Shown here: in pieces, positions 12,394 through 25,050 of the stretch | Layout of the letters: the number at the start of each line of letters is the position of its first letter | How positions within the stretch are numbered: the stretch's first letter is position 1 | DNA from: Podarcis melisellensis | Taxonomy: Eukaryota | Assembly (NCBI GenBank): GCA_964234715.1 | Contig: OZ174287.1 | Strand: one strand, 5' to 3' | Length of the DNA: 64,000 nt | Position numbers and translations under genes: made by a program | Notes under the pieces: model-generated | What the model saw: only the letters and a program-made list of their open reading frames with translations | Database searches by the model: none | Told to the model about the DNA's origin: nothing

Positions 12394-12989
12394 CAGCGAG
12401 TCCACACCAGCAGAATGCCTGCTTCACAGCATCTTCCCCTGGAAATAGCAGGAAAGGCAGAGATGTAAACAGAGCGGGTACGGTGGGTGGGCAGATCAAA
12501 TAGCCAGAGCTTGAATTACACAGGGAGCAGTAGAGGCCTGGTTTCCTTACCTATTGCTTTTAGAAGGCTGAAGAGGAAGGAGATGATTCGGCTAAATCCT
12601 GAAGGAATCAGGGAATGGGGGGCTATGAATGTAATTCACCTCTCTTCCCTAACCCAAGACACATGCTGGTTTCATTTAAGTAAGTTTGTACTCAATCTTT
12701 CTATCTAAGAATGCCCAACGAGGCTAAAAGCAAAATATAAAAGCAACATCAATGTAACCAAGTTAAGCTGGCCAGTTGAGAACAATATGAAAACAAGACA
12801 GCAGCAGTTAAAATACTGAAGGAAATAAAAATCCTCCAATTAAACAAATGTCAGCTGGAATTGATCTGTCTTAAAGCAATGGCAAAAAATTATCAGAGGA
12901 AACACCAGAAGGGTCTCCTTGGGCAGACAATTCTCCAGACTCCATGTGGCCACAGAAAGGTTCGCTCTTGTGTGATCCTATTGAATCTT

Positions 12990-13610
12990 TCTTTCTCTTT
13001 GTTTCTGCATTTTTACAACTTATATATACACCATAAAATATTCATCGTTATTTCTTATCCTTGGACTTCCCAGTCTAACTCTCCATGGTGTTCTAGGTAG
13101 TCTTTTGTCGGCTGCATAATCTATTATTCCACCCATTTTTGTCACCTTTATTTAATGTTATCTGCTGCTCATATGTTCATTCCTACTTGTAGGTTAAAGT
13201 GACTATTATACCCTCTGAGATACTTTTCAAAACACTTCCACTCATCTCTTATCCGTGACTCATCCTTATTTCTTAGTTTCGCGGTCATGGTTACTAATTT
13301 TGTGTATTCTATCAATTTATTCTGCCATATTTCTTTCATGGGAATTTTTTTTTTCTTTCCATTTCTTCACATATACCACTTTAGCTGTGCTGGTTGCATT
13401 TAAAAAGAGATTGAGTGCCTTTTTCAGGATATCCTAATAGAAAGGCCTCAGGTCTTTTGGGAAATGTGATCTTAAGGATCTTTTTAAAATTCTGTATTAA
13501 TCATCTCCCAGAATTCTCTAGCATAGTTCCCACTGAATTTCAGCTAGAAGCAGAACTTACTACGAAGCCTTTACAATGTGTTTTCATGTGCCTGAGTTGG
13601 GTACAAATAC
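12990..13610 (-). mobile_element. Degraded L1/Tx1-type LINE ORF2 C-terminal fragment
   Basis: Minus strand reads ..KKILKITFPKRPEAFLLG.. among stop codons, a motif I associate with squamate L1 ORF2 ends. Boundaries approximate. Confidence 0.5.
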
Positions 13611-13663
13611 TTTAAATGAACAAACAAGCATGTCTGGTATCCCCAGCTTAAATCAGACCTCAC

Positions 13664-13905
13664 CAGGTGTCAGCAACCTTTTTCAGCCCCTACGGTCCCT
13701 CAGACCATGTGGTGGGCTGGACTATATTTTTTGGGGGAAACCGAACGAATTCCTATGACCCACAAATAACCCAGAGATGCATTTTTAATAAAAGGGCATA
13801 TTCTACCCATGTAAAAACACGCTGATTCCCGGACCATCTGTGGGCCGGATTGAGAAGGTGATTGGGCCGCATCTGACCCAATGGGCCTTAGGTTGCCTTC
13901 CCCTG
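13664..13905. mobile_element. hAT-Charlie (MER30-like) MITE
   Basis: TIRs CAGGTGTCAGCAACC / GGTTGCCTTCCCCTG; internal GGGCCG repeats; imperfect TSD. Confidence 0.7.
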
Positions 13906-14329
13906 CTCTACACCGAAGGATGCAGAAGTCTCCCCCGCAGCCAGTGTGTCCTGAACTTCCCAGATAACTTGTTCATCTCTTAGGTCTAACCCAAATCTTT
14001 CCCTGGTTTAAATCCTCGCCCAAGGAACCCGGGCTTCCTGACCGCCAAGCTGACTGGCTGGACTTCACTGTTTTCAATGCTCATCCGAAGCATCCCAACT
14101 CCAAGTCTGATGCTCCCAGGATCAGATCACTGCAGGGAAACTCCATGTGAAAAGGCTGTTTACCTCTGAATCAGAGGTGGGGGTGGGAGGTAAACAAGAA
14201 ACGGGAGGGCCACCATCATCTTTATCCAGCCCCTCCGGCTGGATGAGCTTTCGGCCTGGCCCAGAAAATGCCATCCTTGACCCAAGCACCCCCCACACCT
14301 GCCCCAAATCTTGCTTTCTTACCTCCTAG

Positions 14330-15260
14330 GCCCCTTTCGCTGGAGCCTCTGAACCAATCAAAGAGCCCAGCCCAGCGTCCCGGCTCCCGAGTCCCCCTCC
14401 TGGGCTCTTAACCCGCCCCACTTCTTCCAAGCCTGGCACCCAAGCCGCCTGCCCTCCAAATTTCACCGGCCCCCTCCCTCCCGGGCATCCTGGCTGCCAG
14501 CCAAAAGCGTCCCAACCCCGTCTAGATCTCTCCCCCCCCCCCGCTGCGATCTCCGAACAGATCCCGCTCGTCCTCTTCCCTGAACGACTCCGGCTTCTTG
14601 GCGAAGAGAACAATAGCCCGGAGCTGGGCGAGCATGGCCAAAGGTGGAGGGCAGGGGACCCGCCGATGGCCAGGGGGCCGCGGGGAGCGCCATCGGCGGT
14701 GCTCGTGCTGCAAGCCCTCCGCCCCGCGCCTCTGGGTTGACTTCGGGGTCCCTTTGTCCCTCCCTCTCCCCCCACCCCCGTCTGCCCCCCCATTGGCACG
14801 CGAGTCCCCTACTCATCCTCGGGCATTGCACCCGGCAGCCGCTCCTGGCCGCTGGCATCCCTTCCTCCTGCTCCACAAAGGAATCCCTCACCTGTACCTG
14901 CTCCATCCAGACTGGTACCGGGGAAGATTCTGCAGCGCCGCCGCCGTCCCTGTGCAACTTTCCGCCTCCTTCAGGGGGAAGAAACAGTTGGGAAAACTCC
15001 CCTCCCCCTTTTCCCTCCTCCCCATCCCGAATGCGCGCCTCCCCTTTAAGTGCGACCAAAAAGGAAATTAAAGGGAGCTGGGAGATGGCCCTCGCTTTCT
15101 GTCTGCAGTCAGAAATACAAGCAATACATGACCACTCTCTCCCCCACGCCCCACCTCCTTCCCCTCGTTTAAAGACACAGGCGCCCCGCTTGCAAAGTAG
15201 GGAGAACCAGAGGCTGGTTCTGTAATTTAGCTTAGTTCAAATACGCTTTCTCCGCGGTGT
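14330..15260 (-). promoter_or_regulatory. CpG island, promoter and exon 1 of ZNF784
   Basis: GC/CpG-rich. Minus strand ATG GAG CAG GTA CAG|gtgagg, with ATG at 14906 and donor after 14892. Confidence 0.7.
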
Positions 15261-16439
15261 AATAAACCAGGATGAATTAGAAAAGGGTCTGTGCTGCAAA
15301 GCACTTTTTGCGATTCTAAATGCTCCAGTTGCAGTTAAAAATCGCCTTTGCATCTTTATTCTCAAGAGAGCATACCCCCCCCCCGGTCCATATCCTGTTC
15401 TTTCAGTGGTGAACTAGATGCCAATGGGAAGACCACAAGCAAGGCATGAATGAAACAGCCCTCTCCCCTTTTGAGACTGGTATTCAGAGACACACTGCCT
15501 CCAACACTGGATGGTAGAACACAGCCATTGTGATTAGTAGCTATCTGTAGTTTCATCCTCCAGGAATTTGTCTGTCTGGGTTGGTGGCTAGCACTTCATA
15601 CTGTGGGAGCAAACTCCACAGTTCAACCAGGCACATGCGCCTTTCTGGAATCTTCTAACCTTCTCAGGATGGCCCTGAGAGAGAGGTTTTTCCTCTCTGT
15701 CCACTTCCCCCACATCACACACAATTCCATACAACTTCCTCATGAAAAAGCAGGTTTAAAAATCTATTTCTAACATATACTATCATACCAGCATCTCAGC
15801 TGTAACAGCTTATATTTTTTTCTCTCTAGACTGGGAAGCAGGATGTCATCGAACCAGCATGTACACCCTAAAACATATTCTGCACTGATGTCAGTTTGCT
15901 CTGAACAATTCTTTATACAGTTTTTCAAAGGAGAATTTGCATTTCCAAGCACGCCTGCTTTCATTCCACCTCCCCTCCCCCAAAGCAAGGTTCTGCACTG
16001 CTTGGCCAATGTATGGGTCAAGCTGGGAAAATGAGCATTTACTCTATTCCTTCTTCGACCTCTGCGCTCATGTTCCTGTACTGCTTTATCCTGGTAGGTT
16101 AACATACCCAGCTTTTAAAACTAAAATAATAAGCATTCCAAATTCTCTGGAAATGCAAATGTTGGGTTCATAATAAAGCATGTAGCTGAGAAAGCTTATG
16201 CAAAACAAGTGATATACTTACATTTTATTGATTTACATATTTTGAGTACTCAGCTGGCAGATTCTTGATGCATATTTGGTTTTTGTAAAAAAAAAAAATC
16301 ATAAAAAGGATGCTATGCTCAGTGTGCATCCCACACTTCCTCCTTCAACAAAACCTCTTCAGAGAAAGCCAAGACCGACCATTGAGCCATCTGTTTTGTC
16401 CACTCCACAATGCCAGGCAGCAGCAATCCATGGTTTCAG

Positions 16440-16522
16440 AGTGGCCCTACCTGGAGACATCAGGGATTGAACCTAGGACCATCTGCAATGGAGAGCAGCT
16501 GCTCTACCCCTGAGCTATAGCA
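16440..16522 (-). mobile_element. tRNA-derived SINE head fragment
   Basis: Reverse complement gives GCTATAGCTCAGGGGTAGAGCA...GGTTCAATCCC (A and B boxes); a similar remnant lies near 8070-8130. Confidence 0.55.
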
Positions 16523-18790
16523 CCCACCCCCCTTTCTATGTTCAAGGAAATCAACTGATTCTCCACATCTTGAGAAAAGAGCTTTTGCAAATGTCTAGAG
16601 GTTACACAGCTGAAAGGCACTCTTCTCAAACCCAGCAAAGGGCTAAATTCTTGCCAACGGATCTACATCCTCTCAACGGAATGGAAGTAACACAGCAGAA
16701 CTTTATTCGTTTAGCACACAAAGATGAACCAAAACCCCAGAGGATTGTTTTTAATTAAAAAAAAATAAAAGGAAGACACACACACAGTTTAAAAATTCCA
16801 CACTAAATATGAAGCAGAAGAAACATGATCCAAGAATCTCCCTGGCAAGCTTTGGAGGTACCAGGCTAGCCGATACCTTGGAACACATGCCTGTATATCG
16901 ATGTCTCCTGATTGTTTCTCCCTGTCGAGGAAACAGAGATTCTATGTTTGTTAATTATTGTAGGAAACCACAGCAGTCTTATCACATACATCCCACAGGC
17001 AGTGAGCCTGGGATGAAGACCAACATTTTCTGTTGCTGCATATCTGGGGTTGAAACCCACCCACCCCATAAGTATATAGACCGTGGCCTGTAACTCTTTG
17101 GGAAGCTGGTTGAAATGGTTCTAATTAGGGGGCAGAAGAAAACAAGGCCTGACCAGAGTTGATGGGTCCACACATGGATCTGATCTGGAGGCTGGACTAC
17201 CAGTAGCAGCAGCAGCCGCTGGAAGGAATGTAGAATCACCAACTCTGTTTCCCTGGAAAAATCTGGAGGGTTTGGAAATAAGAGACTGTTAAGGCTGGCA
17301 AGTTGGGGAATATCCCATATTCCATCCTTCAATACCCATACTCCCCATCAAGATTTTTTAAATAATAATAATAATGCAGAGCCAGAATTCATTAAAGCAG
17401 TGCTTTATAGATGGAAGGGCAGGTTAGGAGGAGCCTTAAGGAAATGCAAAAATCCCCCCAAACCTGGACTCCTTCAAATTTTAGCCAAATTGTGGTCCCC
17501 TGTAGCCTTCAAAAAGCAGTAGCCAAGGGGGCTGCTGCAACAGGTAAAGGGTGCCAGGCCCTCTCTGGCTCTCCTGTAATTTGGGCACTGCCTTAAAGAA
17601 AAACGACTTTCTTTCTGCACATGGAATTCAGCTGATGTTCCACCCAGCCTTCTCTAGCCTCTTGCTTATGCTCCTTCAATAGGCTCTTTATTGTAAGCGA
17701 AGGAGGGGGAGAAATTTGGGCCCAAGCGTTCTTGAGGTGGAATGTCAGGATTCAAGGCCACAACCTCCTTCGTACACCAAGTAGCCATGCAGCTGTATGA
17801 GACGCTTGCTGGGGACTCAAAGAACCAAAATTGGCCAGATTTGAACCTCTCGCTAAATTCAACTGGAAGCCCTGCCTGGCTATTGTAGAATAAGGAACGT
17901 TCTCTTCATGGCTGCCCACCACCTGCTGTTAATCTGGAACCAAATTCTGAATGAAAGCAAAGCAGATCTTCCTAAAATAGGCATGTGCTAGTTTTCCTGA
18001 CAGGCTGAGGTCTCTGTACTGTGTCTGTGGGTCACAGTGCATACATGAGAGGGCTAGCCCCTAGTAGATTTGAAGGCCAAGTCTGCAGATGAGGAGGTTT
18101 TTAACAGGCATGCATTGCCATTCTGAATGATAGCATACCCTCCAGGCATACGCAGAGGGGACAGTGTCTGTGCCATAATGCAGGTTCTAGGCAGGGTCTG
18201 CTGGATTCCTCCCTCCACATATCCCCAATATGCCACAAGAACTTCTCCCTACGACACTGTGGTAGAAACAGATGCTAGCAGGCAATGCTCTGTGTTGCAG
18301 AGCTCGGCCCGTGAATCCATGCTGGATGTGAGTGACCTATGGGGGTAGTGGAAACTTGGGTGGGGACAAAGCAGGAGGCAAGGAATCCTCCTGCCAGGTT
18401 GCGAGGAGCACAGACAGACAGGATAGACAAGGTTCTACAGAAGGCGGTAGGTAGGCCAGTGTGTCCATACCAAGTCCTTGCGGCATGAGAAGGCAGGAGG
18501 GACCTAAGCTGGGATTTTGCAAGCTGGCTATCGCATGCCGGATAGTTTGTGGCATAGGTGGGTGAGGTTCTCCATTCCCATTTCCCCCACGCAACAGCTA
18601 GTCCTTGGGCCAGCAAATGGAGAAGTATCAGGTCCGTAAAGACACGGGGAGGCATATGCAGGCCAGGGTTGCCGTCGCATGGGTGGGTGCTAGCTGCGCC
18701 CAGGTGGTAGATGTCTAAGGCCTGGGTGGGCAGCGAGGTTCTCATGCCGATCCTCTCGTGGCACAACTTCAGTCTCGAAAAGGACGGCTT

Positions 18791-19549
18791 TTACGGCGTC
18801 GGGAGGAGCTGCAAGCGGTGCTTCCGGCGGATGTGCCTCTGGAGGGTGTTGCGCTCCCCAAAGCGCATGTGGCAGGCCTCGCACTGGTAGGGCCGCTCGC
18901 CCGTGTGCACCCGCTGGTGGTGCGAGAGCTCCCCCGAGTCACGGAAGCTGCGCTGGCAGATGGGGCACTGGTGGGGCTTCCGGCCCGAGTGGGTGTACTT
19001 GTGGCGCTCCAAGTGGGACGTGCGCTTGAAGGCCTTGCCGCACGCCCGGCAGACGTGGGGCTTGCTCTCTGAGTGGGTGATGCTGTGGCGCTGCAGGTAA
19101 GACAGGTACTCAAATGTCCGCGAGCACACGGGGCAGCTGTACACCTTGCGCAAGGACCCTCCGCTCCCACCCCCTTCCGGGTCCCCTGCCGCTCCCACCC
19201 CCTCTTCCACCAGCACTGTGTATGGCAGCCCCTGGCTGTCAATCAGCAAGTAGCGCCCCAATCGGGAGGGTTCCCCTTGTTCTGTGCCTCCTGTCCCTCC
19301 AGGAACAAGTGCCCGCCTCCCTGCTCCTGGCAGCCCATTCAATCCCTGAAGGAGGGCGCTACCAGGAGAAGGCAATGGCGGGCGAGAGAGTTTAGGAGGC
19401 GATGTTTGGACACCCCCTCCCTCACCCCCCAGCTCCAGCTTGATGGGTTGTCCCACATGGCTTGCAGGCTCTTGTGGATTGAGGGGTTCCAAGGTTTCTG
19501 GTGGTCTTTGGGGGTCTCCTATAGACTTGGAATGTCTCTGCAGCTCCAT
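18791..19549 (-). CDS. ZNF581: ZNF581-like (ZNF524/580/581 family) four-finger C2H2 protein, 252 aa
   Basis: Family motif [17 protein letters not shown], then [25 protein letters not shown] and three more fingers. Acceptor ttattgcag with exon start 19592; first in-exon ATG at 19549. The ORF-track extension to 19720 is intronic. Confidence 0.8.
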   Translation of the reverse strand: MELQRHSKSIGDPQRPPETLEPLNPQEPASHVGQPIKLELGGEGGGVQTSPPKLSRPPLPSPGSALLQGLNGLPGAGRRALVPGGTGGTEQGEPSRLGRYLLIDSQGLPYTVLVEEGVGAAGDPEGGGSGGSLRKVYSCPVCSRTFEYLSYLQRHSITHSESKPHVCRACGKAFKRTSHLERHKYTHSGRKPHQCPICQRSFRDSGELSHHQRVHTGERPYQCEACHMRFGERNTLQRHIRRKHRLQLLPTP

Positions 19550-19690
19550 AAGTATCTCCTTGTGTGTATTCCCTTGGGTTGGAATGCCAAGTCTGCAATA
19601 AGAAAGAAAGCACATTAATTGGGGAAAGTGTGAGGGGGGAATCATATGGGTCACACAACGTTTAGAGCTGCAATTATGTAGGGCTGCCAG

Positions 19691-19918
19691 TAGGGCTGGG
19701 TGATATCTGGTTTTCAACACTGTGATATATCACCAGCTAAACATTGCAAAACATACTGATATATCACAATGTCTGAAATAAGGATGGAGCTATATTAGCT
19801 GGCATCACAGCTTTTCCCGCATCGTGATTTTTGCATAACGCACACACACAGAGGATTTGTCATAAACTGTCAGATCAAAAATTATGAAACAGTTATCATG
19901 ATATGGACTTCAGCCCTA
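19691..19918. mobile_element. hAT-Ac-type MITE
   Basis: TIRs TAGGGCTG / CAGCCCTA; perfect TSD GCTGCCAG at 19683-19690 and 19919-19926. Confidence 0.85.
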
Positions 19919-20841
19919 GCTGCCAGCCAATTAAAAGAGCTGTACTGCAACTGATTTGTCACCCACTTGTCTTCTTTTTAAAGAAACAATTCCATTAATA
20001 AATAGCATATAACCAACCCTCAATATAGATGCTTTTTAGAGAGACTAATATAGCTCTTTAGAGAAGCCAAATATAGCTAGCAGCGTAATAAAGAACAGCT
20101 ACCACTCATTGTTTAGAATTAGAGGCATTTTGAATGTTTTCTTATTCATGCGTGTTACACCAATATCAGAACCACAATACCTGCACATAATAAATCACTG
20201 CGTCCTTACTGTATAATACTATCCAACAACTTTGGTGTCGACAGCCCAGTGCCACACATGCGTACATGGAAACAAGACTTTGTTTGATGGGACTTACTCC
20301 CGGGCAGGTCTAAGGCTGAAATCCTAAGCACACTTACTTGGCAGTAAATCTACTTGAATTTGGCAAACAAGCACAGGACTGGACTGCAAAATTTTAGTTG
20401 GTTCGTTAATGAAGCTTACAGCCCCAGCAAATAAAGCTACTAACCCTGCAATCCTATACATATTTAATTAAGTATTGTTCCTATTGGACGTTGCGGGACT
20501 GACTTCACACTTGCCTGGGCTGCACCTTCCCTAGATTTGGAGATTTCACACATGTTGAGTTCCAAGGAAGCTTCCTAGCAAAACCCCTAAAGACACATAC
20601 TGGACAAAGCAGCATGTGAACGCAACCTTTGTTTTTTACCATCTGTGGAAAGAACCAGATCTTCTTGAGCTGTAGGTTACAGGTGGGTGATCTAAAGCCC
20701 CCAGCATTGTTTTATGGGGCTTCCAGATTCTTCTGAACTCTCATACTTCCATCCCCCCCCCCAGTTCCTCCTTTCTGTTGGCTTCTTCCTTAAGTTTTCC
20801 CATCTTTTGTCTCTCCCTCTCTCTCTTCCTCCTCCCCTTAC

Positions 20842-20915
20842 AGGAGTGCCTGGTGTGCTCTGGTCCATGGGGTCAGGAAGAGTCAGACACAACTAAACGA
20901 CTAAACTACAACAAC
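20842..20915 (+). mobile_element. Short RTE-BovB 3' end
   Basis: Nearly identical to 27917-27987 (GTGCTCTGGTCCATGGGGTC..ACTAAACGACTAAAC with CAA tail). Confidence 0.8.
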
Positions 20916-22373
20916 AGAAGGGGAAAGATTTTGAATGATACATATAAACTGGTTTTAATTTTTTTCTGGCTGTATCATCATCATCATCACTTCCTGAATT
21001 TATATCCCACCCTTCCTCCCGAATGAGCCCAGGACAGCAAACAGATATACAAATCAAAAATAAAAACAAAGTAGAAACAGATTAAAACATTTTTAAAATA
21101 ATTGCAATTAAAAGCATACTTCTATCCAATGTTCTAGTATGCCAGTATTCACTGTACAGTTTGAGAAAATGCATTCCAGAACATTAACTGTATTGGTTTA
21201 TTGTACTGTACATTACTTTAAAAAAAAGTATTTGTATACCTATTTGAGAATAACCCTATCAAACCCAGTGATGCTTATTTCTGAGTAGACCTGTATAGAG
21301 GTGGTAGTTTAATTTGAAGTAAAAGTGGTGAAAATAGAAGCAGAGTGATGTTTATTCCAAATTAGTTAAGCCAGAACAAATATGTCTGTGGTTCTTCCCA
21401 TCAATTCTGGCTCCATCTACTGCTAGCATTTGGCCACCTTGAAAGATGACCCCTGAAGGAATGTGGCCCACAACAGAAAAAACAACAACCCCTGCCTACC
21501 CCATCTATAGCAGGTATATATAATACCACCAACCATTACAGCAGAGTTAGATGGCAGGGGATCTATCTAAATAAATGCTGTCTAAAAGGCCACAGTAGGA
21601 AGATGTGATAAGATTTCATCCTCTACTCAGGCAAGGAGGGAGGAGAGGTTACAACATGGAGAAGGAACCACTAAAAATAGAAAGAACTTAGAAAACGTAG
21701 AAATGTAGTGCCAGAATCTAGGTCTATGGTATCTATACACCTCTTCACTAACACCTAGAAATTTGTAAGAATCCCTGAGCTGAGGCTGTTGAGGGGAAAG
21801 TCCTGATATTATTACACCTCAGCTATACCAAAGTATTGCAAGCAATTTTTGTTGCAGTGGGAATGTGTGGTCAAAGGTGGGGTTGGGGTTCACACGTCTC
21901 CTCTGCCTGTCCTCCATTTCTGGTTTTGTCCAACATTCTGCCAAATGCTTCTGGGAAGCTTACAAAGCAGGGTGTTTAGAGGCACACTGATACCGAAGAT
22001 CAAATTAACTATCATGGTCATTCATATGGTCAAAGCTGGGGTGGAATAAATGGGAATGGCTCTGGTGGGTGGAGCTGAGGGAAGATATGGTGGGAGAGCT
22101 TTGGTGGGGTGGGTGGGGCTTGGAGCACTTCCACTTTCTGTAGGCATCAGCTGCCTCCATCCCCAGCTCTGGGGCTCTTCCATCAACATGCTAATATAGG
22201 CCACCTGTCATTAGGTTATGCAACAGCTTTCCCAAACTCCTAGTCTTGCAGACTTACACCCAGCCTAAGGACTGGCATCAAAATCCCAAAAGATCTTTCT
22301 TGGTAGACACCCGGGTTACTTTCTCTCTCAGTTAGCCCCCTTCCTCCGTATGCAGAACTGGATCCAAACTTAC

Positions 22374-22981
22374 CCTGCTTGGGTGGCGTTCCAAAGTCTC
22401 AATCTCAACTCTCATTTCTGCACCAAAACCTCATGCCAAGGTGAGGCAGGCACCAGAATATGCCCTTTGCTTCCATCCTGGAGTGAAGAAAGCTGTAATG
22501 TCCAGGTGGAGAACAGAGGGGTCTTCCAGTCTATGATCCAAGCTGGCAGTCGATGGCACGGATCCGAGCGAAACAGTTAGCGGCACCAATCCGGGGCGCA
22601 TGTTGGATCGCAGCCGGCAACAGAACGTGGCCCAGGTCCAAAGTTACCATGAAGAAAGAGGGAGGGATTGAGCAATGCCACCTTGGCACCTGAGGCACAG
22701 CAGGCGGATCTAGAAGTAGCAACCCAAGAAGCAGCAAAGTTGCCCGGCAGCAACGATCCAGAGGAAGCGATATATGGGATCGGTGGCACCTATCCAGCAG
22801 GCACGCACGTTCTGGCAAAGGTAAACGGATCCAAGCCTTCAGGTTTCGGGGAGTTGGCATCCGGCTCCAAACGTCAGTTTAGCAACAGCCTCCACCCACC
22901 AACCCGCCGCCCCGCTTGATAGCAGAGAGGGATATTAGGCTAAGAGGGAGGTAAGCCTCCCCAGGTGCCCCTCCGCTCCCC
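22374..22981 (-). other. Candidate non-coding 5' exon of the ZNF581-like gene
   Basis: Minus-strand acceptor ctttgctttctag| at 22982 and perfect donor AGG|GTAAGT at 22373; a TGA lies in frame with the CDS. Confidence 0.45.
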
Positions 22982-23800
22982 CTAGAAAGCAAAGCCGTGG
23001 GCATCCAGAGCCAGGTGCCCTCTTGCCCCGCTAACTCCCCCTGCAGCTGCCCACCAGCAGCCCAGGCTCCTCAGGGGAGAGAAGGGGAAACTGAGGACGG
23101 GGGGGGGGAGACCCCGGGGTGCCCTGAGGAGGGGGGAGGGTCTCTGTCAGGGTGGGGCTGAGCGAGGGGGGCTTCTACCTCGCTCTTCCTGGGGGGAGGT
23201 TGGAGGTGGTGGGGGAGGAGGAGGAGGAGGAGGTGGGTGTCGCAGCGAAAAGTGTCCTGACGGAAACGCGGCGGCTTCTCCCACCGGCTCACGCCGAAGA
23301 GGTTCCCAGATCAACGTTCGTCCTCTCGCGCACAGGGGGAGCGGGTCGCGGAGGTGGCTTCTCGCGCACCTTCTGGAGAGCCGAGGGGGATCCTGGCTCA
23401 CCCCCTCGGGCGAGGGCGCTCGCCTCCGCGACCCACGGAGACCCTGCCTCGCCTCCCTTCCCTCCACCGCCTTCTCTCCAGAACTTGCCGCACCCCCTGA
23501 ATCTGCGCTCAGCATTTGGGAAGCATTGCAGGAAGCGATGCAATTAATGCATGCATACATATGATTTATGTATCTTGTATGCAGGACCCCCCGACTGCAC
23601 ACGAGCCTTTAGAGCAGCCTTTCTCAACCTGTGGGTCCCCAGATGTTGGACTACAACTCCCATCATCCCTGAGCTCTGCAGGGCGCGAAGGGAGAAGATT
23701 GTGGCCCCTCTCTCCTCCCCGAGGACGCCCTGCTTAGACTGAAACCCTTCGCGTGCTTGTGCTGGGACGATGTTAAGCCCACGGACTTCAGCGGGGCTCA
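22950..23800 (-). promoter_or_regulatory. CpG island and promoter of the ZNF581-like gene
   Basis: CpG-rich; minus-strand donor GGG|GTGAGC at 23401; SBS-like motifs near 23512-23540 and 23649-23669. Confidence 0.65.
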
Positions 23801-24239
23801 GCTTTCATGAAAACAGACGCGAGTAAAGAGCTGCACGAAGTTAAGCCAGTCCTGTCCAGCGAACCCAGAACCGGGAACCCTGTTTTTTTCTGTTCTCCTC
23901 CAGGTCCTTCACCACCCGAAGGACCCAGCTCTGCCTTCTCCCACCACACAGTGAACCCAGGAGTGATGGGTTCAGCTTCTGCCCACTCGATCCCCCAAGC
24001 TTCTGCTACCTGTACACTTGCTTCGGGTTATCTAGGTCCTCTCCACACACACACACACACACACACCCTCCACTTTCTCCTTTGGTGTTTTCTGTCCTGG
24101 TGAAGTGTCAAACCCAGCGGCTGAGGTGAAGCTTCTCCCAGAATGGAGGTGTGATGGGGAATGATGAAATTCCTCAAGGAAAGCCATTCCCATCACTGCC
24201 TCTTTATTCATGGTGCACATGAAGAAGGCCTCTTCATGT

Positions 24240-24329
24240 CATAGCTGTCAACCTTTTGCTTTTCTTGCAAGGAATCCTATTCGGAATAAGAGAATTTCCC
24301 TTTAAAAAAGGGAAACGTTGACAGCTATG
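24240..24329. mobile_element. 90-bp hAT-type MITE
   Basis: Perfect 13-bp TIR CATAGCTGTCAAC / GTTGACAGCTATG; perfect TSD CTTCATGT. Confidence 0.9.
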
Positions 24330-24844
24330 CTTCATGTGTTCTTAAGAGGTACATCTTCACTGTCCTCTTAAATGAGTATAACATTAAGGCAAGATGTAGC
24401 TCAGTTGGTAGATCATTCCACAGTTTTGGAGTGGCCACTGAGAAAGGAACGCAACTGCCAATCTCATCCCCTTCAGGGACAGGGAGCACATCACAATTGT
24501 GACGAAACTGCAAGATCCACAGCTGGGCAGTAAGTTTATTAAAGCTGACCAAAATATCATGAAATACTAGCAAGCACTGTTCTTGAGTTCTTCACTAGGC
24601 AAACTATTTCATAAAGCAGAGGTGAGATTGGGGTGATCTAGGAAAAGTAAAAGTACAGAAATTAAGTTGGATGTTGTAGAAATCAGATTAGTTTGTAGAC
24701 TAAATTCCAAGGTGGAGATTGCACACCAAACTCCAAAATCCACAGTTAGCGATACTTGAAAGCTTGCTGCATTTTGTGATATTTTGGTCAATAAAAATTG
24801 AGACTAACTTGTCACAGAGTTCTCCAGATCTCTTCATCAGCTAC

Positions 24845-25050
24845 ATAGAGTGTTGGACTAGGAGATCACAGTTCAAATCCCCACTCTGCCATGAAGCTCA
24901 CTGGGTGACTTTAGGCCAATCCCTACCTCTCAACCTAGCCTACATCACAGGGCTGTTGTAGGGATTAACGGGGGGGGGGGAGAGTATCATATATGCCACC
25001 CTGAGCTCCTTGAGCAAATAAAAGTGGGATATAGATGCAATAAGTAAATT
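24845..25050 (+). mobile_element. Old tRNA-derived SINE with L2-type tail
   Basis: B box GTTCAAATCCC, core CTGGGTGACTTTAGGCCA..CTCAACCTAGCCTAC; similar to the 50945 element. Confidence 0.6.

Noticed and set aside
14326-15225. Overlapping 150-200 aa ORFs in CpG islands (also 23147-23602, 29134-30024 and 41241-41993)
   Set aside because: Expected in GC-rich DNA; no recognisable protein signal.
19593-19720. N-terminal extension of the 309-aa ORF
   Set aside because: Lies upstream of a clear splice acceptor and begins inside a MITE; intronic.
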